Part shown: piece after piece, positions 8,454 to 17,305 of the stretch
Layout of the letters: every line of letters begins with the position of its first letter
Position numbering within the stretch: the stretch's first letter is position 1
NCBI GenBank assembly: GCA_007128315.1
Contig: SKXQ01000056.1
Location: forward strand, 74 to 64,073
Source of the DNA: Spirochaetaceae bacterium
GTDB lineage: Bacteria; Spirochaetota; Spirochaetia; DSM-27196; SKKC01
Reading direction: 5' to 3'
DNA: 64,000 nucleotides
Program-made: the position numbers and the translations under genes
Notes under the pieces: generated by a model
Told to the model about the DNA's origin: nothing
What the model saw: the letters and a program-made list of their open reading frames with translations, nothing else
Databases searched by the model: none

Positions 8454-9272
8454 CTATCGCTGGTACAGGTGCACGTCACGCTGCGGAAAGGGGATACTGA
8501 TTCCCTTCGCGTCAAATGCTTTCTTGACCGCTTCGTTAATGCCGAGCGTTGCGGTCATGAAGTTCGGGGCTTGCACCCAGAATCGGCACAGAAAGACCAC
8601 TGCGCTGTCGCCGTGCTCGGTGACACCGACGAGAGGTGCTGGTTCCGTAAGGACGAGCTCGGAGCCTGAAAGTACCCCGGAGATCGTTTCCTTGACCTCG
8701 TCGATGGACGCTTCGTAGGAGACACCGAAGCTCAGATCGATGCGGCGGGTCGCGTTGACCGAAAAATTTGTGACCGCACTGTTCGCAAGGTTCCCGTTCG
8801 GTACTATGACCCGTTTGTTGTCAAAGGTGTCCATGACGGTGTACAGCATCTGGATTTCGCGTACGGTACCCATAATCCCGTTTGCCTCAATGAAGTTCCC
8901 GACGGCAAAAGGTTTGAAGATCAGGAGCAGCAGGCCGCCGGCGAAGTTACTGAGACTCCCCTGGAACGCAAGAGCAATCGCTAGACCTGCCGCACCGATT
9001 ATGGCGACAAATGAAGTCATGGCTATACCGAGGGTCGAAGCGGCGCTGAGAACGACCACGAGCTTCAACACGAATCGAAGCAGGCTGGACGTGAAGGTAC
9101 GAACCCCGATATCAACATTCCGCTTTTCAAGCAGGCGTGTTGTAACGCGGGCAATCACTCCTGCGGCAATGAAACCGCCGGCAAGGATTACGAAGGCGAG
9201 CACGACGCGTGGCGCGTACTCGCTTACGAGACTGGTCAGAATATCCATGGTATCCATGCGTACAGCATGCAC
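8454..9272 (-). CDS. Small-conductance mechanosensitive channel (MscS family)
   Basis: Three N-terminal TM helices, then FQGSLSNFAGGLLLLIFKPFxVGxFIE....GTVxEIxxxxT, the MscS pore-helix/beta-domain signature. Alternative starts at 9257 and 9248. Confidence 0.9.
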   Translation of the reverse strand: MHAVRMDTMDILTSLVSEYAPRVVLAFVILAGGFIAAGVIARVTTRLLEKRNVDIGVRTFTSSLLRFVLKLVVVLSAASTLGIAMTSFVAIIGAAGLAIALAFQGSLSNFAGGLLLLIFKPFAVGNFIEANGIMGTVREIQMLYTVMDTFDNKRVIVPNGNLANSAVTNFSVNATRRIDLSFGVSYEASIDEVKETISGVLSGSELVLTEPAPLVGVTEHGDSAVVFLCRFWVQAPNFMTATLGINEAVKKAFDAKGISIPFPQRDVHLYQR

Positions 9273-9284
9273 GGGATTTCGCTT

Positions 9285-11405
9285 CTACTCAACACGAGCT
9301 GCACCGAACACCTGTCGGATCAGGTCCTCATTGTCGGTATAGACCAGAAAGAAGTCCGTCGGGAGCGCCAGGCGCGCCTGTATGCCTACTACGGTCGCGT
9401 CGCGCTGGGTCTGGTGAACGAGGAGGGCGTGGATCTGGTCGATACGGGGTATCCTTCCATCGTATGCCGGTGCCCAGGGGTCCATAACGACCTTGTTGGG
9501 GTGTCCGGTGTAGCCGTCGGCCTGCCTCGGGTCGGTACCGATTATCAGCGTGTGCGCCGGTGATCGTCCTTCAGCCTCCAGGGTATCAAGAGCGCGTCGG
9601 ACAGCGACGCCGACAGCCTGGTGCTCAAAGTGTTCGAGTGCCGGACCCGGTTCATCAGGGGCAACAATGATTTCGGGCTGCAGTGCTTCGATGATCTGAA
9701 GAAGCATCTGGTGAACCTGATCCGCGCCCCCCCACCGCTCGAGCACCGCCTCCACCCCCACGACATCGAGCACCGAGCTGTAGGGAGCGTTTGAGAGCCC
9801 GAGTCGCAGGTAGTAGTCGGCACCCAGCGCCCCGATGGCGCGGGCCGCCTCGATCCTTCTCACGTCGGCGAGCTCCGTCCCTGACATACGACGCGACGGA
9901 TACACACCGTCCGTGACCCGCCACGGAAACTGATCGAGCCCTGACTCACCGTCGGTAAACACGAGCACGGCACCGCGCATTCCCAGCCCTCGAAGACGCG
10001 GCAGGAGCGAACCGAAGTACAGGGCCTCATCGTCCGGATGCGCGTGTATGGCCAGGAAATCCAGCGGTCCGATCGGGAGCTCCTCCGGTGCGGTATACTC
10101 CCGCGCGGCTCCGCGAAAACCGGAGACCTCCGGTGCATTCGGATCGCGGCTCCACGTGGTTTGCAGCTCCGGTTCAGCCCGGTGTGGCTCCTGCTCCGGC
10201 AGAGGAGCGACAGGCTCGGGCTGAACCGGGGTCGCAGGCGCAGCGACGGGTACCGCAGCGTAGGAAACCGGAACGGAATACCATAGAAGCCCGACGGCGA
10301 GGATCGTCGCAACCGCCGGCAGGGCAAAGAGCAGCCGGTGTTCAGGTCGCGGCGGACGCTTCCAGGGGACCTTTTCGACGGCGTCAACGAACACCCGCAC
10401 CGATCCCGTACGGAACTGATCACCACGCCCGAGCTCGTACTCCGTGCGTTCCATGCCGTTTATCCGCACCGGAGTTCCTGTTTCGAGAAAGAAGCGTTTG
10501 CCTTCATTCCGTACCGTGATTTCGTGGGTGAGGGCGCTGTTCCCGGGCCCGACTCGGGCTGGATACTCTTCCAGCCGAAGGGTCTGAGCATCATCGGGCG
10601 TGCGGATGTCGAGTACCAGCACTGGAGGGCGCCTGTTATTCCATTTCACGTAGACCCGTTGCCGGCGGAACTCCGTTTCGCGACGGAGTGTGAAGAACAG
10701 CAGACCCAGGACCGTGATCGCCATGATCCACGCGAGTGGTGCAGTAAGACTGCGCCCACGGCGGTACTCCGGGATGCGCGCGAACAGAGTGGCCGCCGGA
10801 GCATCCGCTCGTGCCTCGTGCACGCCGACCGATGCATCGGGAAGGGCCGGCCCGGGCTGGGTTGTAATATCCGTGGTATCCGGTATCGTCCGATCGACCG
10901 GCTGCGTGGAGAGCGACGCGAATATGTGCTGTATCGTGCCCGGGCCACGCGTGGGAATGCTCAGGAATTCGACCTCGATGGAGCCGGGGAGTTCGGGGAC
11001 CGGTGCAGGCACGACCGCAGAAATGTCCTGCCCGTCGGTCACGACGAGCAGATAGTCGCTGTTCATGAGCGTGACGGTCCGGCTCAGCGCCGGAAGCAGC
11101 TCGACGGTTCCCCACGGTGAAAGTAAGGCGACGATCCTGTTGAGCTCCCGGGCCGACACGGGCTCAGGCGTTCTGCGCTCTACCCGGTCAAGATGGTTCG
11201 CAATAAGCAGCTCGTACGACTCGTGTGCCGGACGGGTATCAAGCCAGTTCGCGAGTTCGTGCCGAAGTCTGTCGATTCGTGTTGCACCCATGTCCCGGGA
11301 TGCGAGACTGAAACCCAGGTCAAAGAGTACGCTCACGTCCTGTGCCGCAGACGGGACGACAGAGACCATCACAAGCAGCAGCATAAGCATCCGGACGCGT
11401 CGCAT
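9285..11405 (-). CDS. Multidomain membrane protein: signal peptide, vWA-like, TM, FHA-like, TM, Pro-rich linker, PIG-L/LmbE-family deacetylase
   Basis: Signal peptide MLMLLLVMVSVVPSAAQ. vWA-like VSVLFDLGFS...LLVVTDGQD. TM1 LAWIMAITVLGLLFF. FHA-like ...THEITVRNEGKRFFLETGTPVRINGMERTEYELGRGDQFRTGSVRV. TM2 LLFALPAVATILAVGLLW. PIG-L motif LAIHAHPDDEALYFG...VFTDGESG. Confidence 0.75.
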   Translation of the reverse strand: MRRVRMLMLLLVMVSVVPSAAQDVSVLFDLGFSLASRDMGATRIDRLRHELANWLDTRPAHESYELLIANHLDRVERRTPEPVSARELNRIVALLSPWGTVELLPALSRTVTLMNSDYLLVVTDGQDISAVVPAPVPELPGSIEVEFLSIPTRGPGTIQHIFASLSTQPVDRTIPDTTDITTQPGPALPDASVGVHEARADAPAATLFARIPEYRRGRSLTAPLAWIMAITVLGLLFFTLRRETEFRRQRVYVKWNNRRPPVLVLDIRTPDDAQTLRLEEYPARVGPGNSALTHEITVRNEGKRFFLETGTPVRINGMERTEYELGRGDQFRTGSVRVFVDAVEKVPWKRPPRPEHRLLFALPAVATILAVGLLWYSVPVSYAAVPVAAPATPVQPEPVAPLPEQEPHRAEPELQTTWSRDPNAPEVSGFRGAAREYTAPEELPIGPLDFLAIHAHPDDEALYFGSLLPRLRGLGMRGAVLVFTDGESGLDQFPWRVTDGVYPSRRMSGTELADVRRIEAARAIGALGADYYLRLGLSNAPYSSVLDVVGVEAVLERWGGADQVHQMLLQIIEALQPEIIVAPDEPGPALEHFEHQAVGVAVRRALDTLEAEGRSPAHTLIIGTDPRQADGYTGHPNKVVMDPWAPAYDGRIPRIDQIHALLVHQTQRDATVVGIQARLALPTDFFLVYTDNEDLIRQVFGAARVE

Positions 11406-11475
11406 AACGGTCAGACTATACGTGGTGCAGAGGTCAGTTGTCCACGAATTCCCACAGGTGTGTTACAGTGCATCT

Positions 11476-11860
11476 CATGACAACACGATTCGAACATATG
11501 GCACTGAATCTGAGGGACTACGACGCGGCGGTCAGATGGTATACGGGGCATCTCGGGCTGACGGTCGTCAGGAATGATCCCGGAAGCAAAGTGTTCCTCG
11601 GCGACAGTACCGGCCGAACCGTCCTCGAACTGTACGAGAACCAGGACGCGGGTCTCCCCGATTATGCCGATATGCATCATCTGGCGCTTCATCTCGCCTT
11701 TGTCGTCGATGATCCCGACGAAGCCGCGGCAGCGCTTGTACAGGCCGGCGCGGTCATGGTTGACCCGCCGCGGAGCGTTGCCGGAGACAGACTATCGATG
11801 GTCCGCGACCCCTGGGGTATCTGCCTGCAGTTCATTCGGCGCGCTGAACCGATGCCATAG
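11476..11860 (+). CDS. VOC/glyoxalase-family protein
   Basis: 128 aa. FEHMALNLRDYDAAVRWYTGHLGL ... HLALHLAF ... VRDPWGICLQF is the typical glyoxalase/bleomycin-resistance fold pattern. Start at the internal ATG 11476 rather than 11438. Confidence 0.75.
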
Positions 11861-11907
11861 ACAGACGCTGTTGACTATTTCCCGCGCAAATTCATACGAT
11901 TCGTTTC

Positions 11908-13722
11908 GTGAAACACGAAAATGCGCGCGTTACGGCTATGGCTGCAGGGCAGAGGTTTACCCCGCAGATACCCGACCCCGATTCCGACGGTGCCCCCGCC
12001 ATGGACGGCTGGGGCTTCGCCGATTCCGGCTTTGCGATCACCGACGACGGAAACGTCACTATGACGGGTTCCCGGTATCCGCTCAGCGGCCAGGTGCTCC
12101 CGCATCTGATTCCCTGGATCTCGGGGATACTCGGAATCGAGGTGGATCCCTTTGACCGCAATGAGCCCCACTATCCTCCCCGGGTTCCCGAACCGGTAAT
12201 CAACAGGAAATTCGTAAAGGCCCTCGGCGAGGTCATCCCGGAATCCCGACAGTCTCTGGATGACGAAGTCCGTCTGCGCCGTGGCCATGGGCACACCCAG
12301 GAAGACGTGTGGGCAATCCGGTATGGTTCCATCGCACGAGTACCTGACCTGGTTGTGTGGCCCGAGAGCGACGACGAGGTGGAGGTAATTGTTCAACTCG
12401 CAGGTCGACACGGCGTCACCATTATTCCCTATGGCGGTGGTTCAAACGTCTCGGAGGCGCTCCGCTGCGACCCGAACGAGAAGCGCATGATCGTCTCGGT
12501 CGACCTTGGTCGCATGAATCGCATCCTCTGGGTCGATCCCGACAATAACACCGCCTGCATACAGGCCGGTGCGTATGGACGTCACATTCATTCGGCGTTG
12601 AAGGCACATGGTTTCACGATGGGTCACGAACCCGACAGTGTGGAATTCTCCACGCTCGGCGGATGGATCGCGACAAACGCGAGCGGCATGAAGAAGAACC
12701 GCTACGGAAACATTGAAGACATCGTGCGGGATGTGACGGCCATAACGGTCGACGGCAAAATCGAGCGCTATTCAGTCGGACCCCGAGAAAGCATAGGGCT
12801 TGATCCGCGAAATCTGCTTTTCGGCTCCGAAGGGAATATTGCGATTATTACGAGCGCGATCGTCTCGATCTTCCCCGTCCCCGACGTCCGGGCCTTTGAT
12901 TCGGTGTTACTTCACAGCTTCGAGGACGGCGTCGCCATGACGAACGAGCTCATGAAGCAGGGGAATATCCCTGCGAGTGTCAGGCTTGTCGACAACATGC
13001 AGTTTCAGTTCAGTCAGGCCCTCAAACCCGCGACGCGTGGTGCGATCGCAAAGCTCAAGAGCCGGTTGCAGAAGTTCATGGTCACGAAGCTCTACGGTTA
13101 TAGACCGGATCAGATGTGCGTTCTGACCCTCGTGTATGAGGGGAGTAAAAAGGATGTCGCAGAACAGCAGAAGCGGGTGCGGAAGCTTGCGAAAAAGTAC
13201 CGGGGCCTCGCAGCAGGTGCCGAGAACGGCAAGCGTGGCTATACCATGACCTTCGCCATTGCCTACATCCGGGACTTCGTCATGAAGCACTGGGTCATTG
13301 CAGAATCCTTCGAGACTTCGGTCCCCTGGAGTCAGGTGGTCGAGCTCTGCAACCGGGTCAAGAAGCGCGTCGTCGACGAGCACGCGGCGAGAAATCTGCC
13401 GGGTCACCCCTACGTGACGTGTCGCGTTACCCAGCTGTATCCCACTGGGGTTTGTGTCTACTTCTATCTGGCTTTTCACTACAAAGGTGTCGAACATCCG
13501 AGCGACGTGTTTTCCGAGATTGAACGGGCAGCCCGCGACGAGATTCTGAAATGCGGCGGCTCGCTTTCCCACCATCACGGAGTAGGTAAGATACGGGAGG
13601 GCTTCGTGGATCGCATCCATTCTCCTGCCGGCCTTTCAGCGGTGCAGAAGGTGGTTTCGGCTCTCGACCCCGATAAGGTTTTCGGAGCGGGTAACCACGC
13701 GGTTCGCTCGAGCAGAGGGTAA
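11908..13722 (+). CDS. Alkyl-dihydroxyacetonephosphate synthase-like FAD-linked oxidase (AGPS/ADHAPS)
   Basis: FAD-binding PCMH domain (VVWPESDDEVEVIVQLAGRHGVTIIPYGGGSNV). GHEPDSVEFSTLGGWIATNASGMKKNRYGNIEDIV. C-terminal SLSHHHGVGK at nt 13561-13590, which matches the His-His-His loop signature of AGPS. Confidence 0.8.
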   Translation: MKHENARVTAMAAGQRFTPQIPDPDSDGAPAMDGWGFADSGFAITDDGNVTMTGSRYPLSGQVLPHLIPWISGILGIEVDPFDRNEPHYPPRVPEPVINRKFVKALGEVIPESRQSLDDEVRLRRGHGHTQEDVWAIRYGSIARVPDLVVWPESDDEVEVIVQLAGRHGVTIIPYGGGSNVSEALRCDPNEKRMIVSVDLGRMNRILWVDPDNNTACIQAGAYGRHIHSALKAHGFTMGHEPDSVEFSTLGGWIATNASGMKKNRYGNIEDIVRDVTAITVDGKIERYSVGPRESIGLDPRNLLFGSEGNIAIITSAIVSIFPVPDVRAFDSVLLHSFEDGVAMTNELMKQGNIPASVRLVDNMQFQFSQALKPATRGAIAKLKSRLQKFMVTKLYGYRPDQMCVLTLVYEGSKKDVAEQQKRVRKLAKKYRGLAAGAENGKRGYTMTFAIAYIRDFVMKHWVIAESFETSVPWSQVVELCNRVKKRVVDEHAARNLPGHPYVTCRVTQLYPTGVCVYFYLAFHYKGVEHPSDVFSEIERAARDEILKCGGSLSHHHGVGKIREGFVDRIHSPAGLSAVQKVVSALDPDKVFGAGNHAVRSSRG

Positions 13723-13727
13723 TCGCT

Positions 13728-15593
13728 GTGGGTTCAGACGAAACGGTTCTCATTACCGGGGCGACCGGATTTCTCGGCAAGGTGGTTCTGGAGGAACTAC
13801 TTCGGACGAGACCCGACACCCGTGCGATTCTTGTGATCAGACCACGTGGGAAACTGACCGCAGAGGACCGTTTGCGACAGCTCTTCTCGTCGGCCTGTTT
13901 CAACGGATTGCCCGAACAATGGTCGCAGCACGTATCCGCGATAACGGGTGATCTCGCGGAGCCCGCCTGCGGGCTTTCTCCGGCGGATCTCACTGTGGTG
14001 AGAACCTCGGTGACGCGCATTATTCACTGCGCAGCGTCGATCGAGTTTGATCTGCCGGTGGCGGACGCTGCGAAAGCAAATATCACGTCGACACTGAATA
14101 TCATGAATCTTGCCCGGAGTTGCGATGCGCTCCGGTCCGTGGTAAGTGTCTCGACCGCCTACGTAGCGCCTCATCTGCCTCACACGAAACTTGAGGAGAA
14201 ACTAGTACCCGTACCATGGAATGTCGAGGCGATCTACGGTGACATACAGGCTGGAACGGTTACGACCGAGGACCTTGTTCCCCAGAGCGGACACCCCAAC
14301 AGCTACACCCTTACCAAGTGCCTTGCCGAACACCTGCTGGTGTCCCGGTTTGCCGATCTGCCCCTGTCGATCGTCCGGCCGAGTATTATCTCGGCGAGCA
14401 GAACCTGGCCGGTACCTGGCTGGCTCGACAGCCGCGCAGCATTTGCGGCCTTCGTCGCGCTGATCGGTTCGGGACATCTGCGGGCACTGATCGCTGACCT
14501 TGATACACACATGGACGTCGTTCCCTGTGACGTGGTGGCGCATGACATCCTCACGCAGCTGTTCTCCGGTGAACCCGTGGTCGACGGTCAGATACCCATA
14601 CGCCACTCCACGGTGGGTCTGGATCAGGCTGTTACCGTCCGCGAGGCCCGGGATGAAATCCTCGGGTTCTTCAGCGAGTACCCGGTCGAAGAGCCGCCCC
14701 ATCTGCGCTACATCGGTCCTCCCGGGAGGGCTTTTCGCATTGCGGATTATCGTGAGCATCACCGGCGTTTCGGGTCGCGTGAAATGCCCATGTCGGAGCG
14801 GCGCGCGTCGTTCATCCGACAGCAGACCGATTACCTCAATACGGCGTTCCGCTACTTCACGCTCAACAGTTTCGACTTTCGCCGTTCGTTACCCTGGCCC
14901 GGTGAGAAACTCGATACCGGCGCCTATATTCATACGATCTGCTCCGGTGTGTACCGGTTTCTCATGCGTCGCAGCCGGCACGAACTCCTGATCGGTGGCG
15001 AGAGGCTTGGACGTTTGCAGCAGCACCTTGGAGGACGGATGCCTTCGGTATTTTCAGCCGACCGGTCCCGGCGCGTGCTCGGGCTGCTCGGTTCGGTACT
15101 CTCCTCACGCGCCGACCGGGTCACCGTTGACGAGATGTCGCTGCGAGCCGTGCGCGATGATGCACCAACCGGTTCGTTGATGCTCTTTGATGCGAAGACT
15201 GAGAAACACGCGTGGCTCGTCTCTCTGCTCAGTGCGTATGCCCTTCTGATGCGACGATCACTAGGGTTTGGTTCGGTGTGGGTCATCCCGTCCGTTACCC
15301 TGCCGGAAGCAGTTCGACCTTCCGGTGATGTTGTCACGATTGCCCTGCGTAACAGTACCAGGGCCTACCCTGCCGGTCGCATAGCTGGAAATCCTGCCCG
15401 ACTTCTGGATCTGATCTCGACAGGTATTCCGGTTCTGCCGGTGCCTGTGAGTATAGAATCAGAAACTGTCGACCTGCCTGAGTTCGACGGAGCGGTCGTC
15501 GACGGCACCGGGGTCCGGCTCATGAGGACCCTCGCGGGGCGGCTTGACGCTTCAGAAGATCAGCTTAAGCGCCTGCACCTTTCGGTCGGGTAA
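13728..15593 (+). CDS. Fatty acyl-CoA/ACP reductase (NAD_binding_4/male-sterility type) fused to a C-terminal degenerate PlsB/GNPAT-like region
   Basis: GTG start 5 nt after the AGPS stop. Rossmann motif ITGATGFLGK and catalytic YTLTK (YxxxK). The C-terminal ~200 aa show acyltransferase block-like strings (LLSAYALL, GSVWVIPS, IPVLPVPVSIESE), but TEKHAW replaces HxxxxD. Confidence 0.75.
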   Translation: MGSDETVLITGATGFLGKVVLEELLRTRPDTRAILVIRPRGKLTAEDRLRQLFSSACFNGLPEQWSQHVSAITGDLAEPACGLSPADLTVVRTSVTRIIHCAASIEFDLPVADAAKANITSTLNIMNLARSCDALRSVVSVSTAYVAPHLPHTKLEEKLVPVPWNVEAIYGDIQAGTVTTEDLVPQSGHPNSYTLTKCLAEHLLVSRFADLPLSIVRPSIISASRTWPVPGWLDSRAAFAAFVALIGSGHLRALIADLDTHMDVVPCDVVAHDILTQLFSGEPVVDGQIPIRHSTVGLDQAVTVREARDEILGFFSEYPVEEPPHLRYIGPPGRAFRIADYREHHRRFGSREMPMSERRASFIRQQTDYLNTAFRYFTLNSFDFRRSLPWPGEKLDTGAYIHTICSGVYRFLMRRSRHELLIGGERLGRLQQHLGGRMPSVFSADRSRRVLGLLGSVLSSRADRVTVDEMSLRAVRDDAPTGSLMLFDAKTEKHAWLVSLLSAYALLMRRSLGFGSVWVIPSVTLPEAVRPSGDVVTIALRNSTRAYPAGRIAGNPARLLDLISTGIPVLPVPVSIESETVDLPEFDGAVVDGTGVRLMRTLAGRLDASEDQLKRLHLSVG

Positions 15594-15605
15594 GAAGCGA
15601 TCCTT

Positions 15606-17222
15606 CTACACCGACAGACCGCGACCCGACAGGCGGTGTTTCATCTGCTCGTAGCTCAGGCCGTGTCGCACTGCGATGTCGCGCGCGTAGCTGTTCCCGT
15701 CGGGTACGCCTTCGGAGATGCGGAACGTGCGTTCCGCGTGTTCACCCGAAACGCGTGCTTCGGCAACGAGTGATCCGATCCCCGTGAAGTCCTGCCGATT
15801 CTCGCATACAGATCGCGCGAGATCGTGCAGGTGAGTCGCGAAGACACCGCGAACACCGAGAGACGAGAACACCCGGAGAAGCTCCTCGGCGAGTATGGTC
15901 GCTTCCTGCGGACCGGTGCTCGACAGACTCTCGTTGAGCAGCACGATACTGCGGCCGGTAATTACATCGATCAGGGACGACAGACGCGCGGTTTCCTCGC
16001 TGAGACGACCGGTATCGAGGCTTCCGAACTCTCCGGTCGGGAAATGCGTCTCGATCCGATCGGCCGGGCGAATGCGAGCAGCCCTGGCGGTGACGAACAG
16101 TCCGTTCTGCGCCATGAGATACGAGAGTCCTGTCCCCTGGGTGAATGTGGTCTTTCCCCCCTGGTTCGGACCGGTAAGTACGACGAAGCGGGTGTCTGAG
16201 CTGAAGCTGACCGTATTCGGGATCGGAGCCGGCGTATCGCCTTTCAGATATTTCAGAGCCAGGTGCAGATTTGTCATGTCTTCGATGTAGTCCTCACCGT
16301 CGTCGTGTATGTCGGGAATACAGACCGGAATGCCGACCGACTCGAGCGCGTCGGCCAGATGCACTGCACCGAGGAAAAACGACGCGTCACCGCGCAGTCC
16401 ACCGAGGACCCCCGTGTTCACATCGATGTAGCCGCGAAGAGCCCTCTGCACCGGTCGAAGACTGCTGCCAATAAGCTGTTCAAGCTCCTGAAAGAGTGGT
16501 GAGAGCGGAATCCTGCCTTCGAGGGGAGCAGTGATGTCCGGCGGGAGCGGCGTCGCGAAAATCGTCGAGTCGGTCGCGAATTCGCCCGAGCTGCCGAACA
16601 GTCGGCCCATGATGCTACGTTCCCGGAAGGTCTCGGCGTTGATCGAGAGAACGGCGACCTCGACGGGCCTGAGCCGCTCGTCGAGGTTGACGCCGAGGGT
16701 CAGGCTTCGACGCTGAAGAAGTCCCGTCCGCATCTTCGGTAACTCGGATCGCAGACGTGCGAACACCGCTCCCGTGCGGATGTCCGCGATGCGTTCGGCG
16801 ACTACGCGCAGTCGCTGCGAAGAAAGATCCGGCGTGTCTTCGAAGGCTTTTCCGAGAATGTCCATGCACTCGGTGAACAGTTCGAGTTCACCGAGGCGCC
16901 ATATCGTCTGTTCGAGTACACTGCCTGATTCCCGTCGGGTCGTAGCAAAAACGGAAAGTTCGTCAACTTTGGGAATGACGGACGTGAACGCCTCGCAGAG
17001 CTTTTTCTGCTCTCGCAGGTCGCGAAAGATGTTCTGCCGCTCGATAATCTCCCCGGAATCGGAGGTCGGCGCGGCGAGCAGTCGTGCGATGCGATGTTCA
17101 CTCACGAATGAGAGGTCGAAAGCGCGCGCAAGATCATCGACACCGAGATCGCGGGCACTGCGTTCGGGCAGAACCGGAGGAGAGTCACGGAGGCTGTACA
17201 GCAGGCGAAGCGTTCGGTCCAC
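15606..17222 (-). CDS. MutS-family ATPase paralogue (domain V only; no mismatch-binding domain, no Smr)
   Basis: Walker A LTGPNQGGKTTF, LLNESLSSTGPQEA and ATHLHDLA are the MutS domain V signatures. The N-terminal ~330 aa are helical with no recognisable MutS domain I. Confidence 0.75.
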   Translation of the reverse strand: MDRTLRLLYSLRDSPPVLPERSARDLGVDDLARAFDLSFVSEHRIARLLAAPTSDSGEIIERQNIFRDLREQKKLCEAFTSVIPKVDELSVFATTRRESGSVLEQTIWRLGELELFTECMDILGKAFEDTPDLSSQRLRVVAERIADIRTGAVFARLRSELPKMRTGLLQRRSLTLGVNLDERLRPVEVAVLSINAETFRERSIMGRLFGSSGEFATDSTIFATPLPPDITAPLEGRIPLSPLFQELEQLIGSSLRPVQRALRGYIDVNTGVLGGLRGDASFFLGAVHLADALESVGIPVCIPDIHDDGEDYIEDMTNLHLALKYLKGDTPAPIPNTVSFSSDTRFVVLTGPNQGGKTTFTQGTGLSYLMAQNGLFVTARAARIRPADRIETHFPTGEFGSLDTGRLSEETARLSSLIDVITGRSIVLLNESLSSTGPQEATILAEELLRVFSSLGVRGVFATHLHDLARSVCENRQDFTGIGSLVAEARVSGEHAERTFRISEGVPDGNSYARDIAVRHGLSYEQMKHRLSGRGLSV

Positions 17223-17305
17223 GCGATAAGGTAGCTACCCACACACCGGATTGTCAAAGGCGGGAACTGGTAATTCCCCCCGCACGCCGGGTAGACTCTT
17301 TTCTC

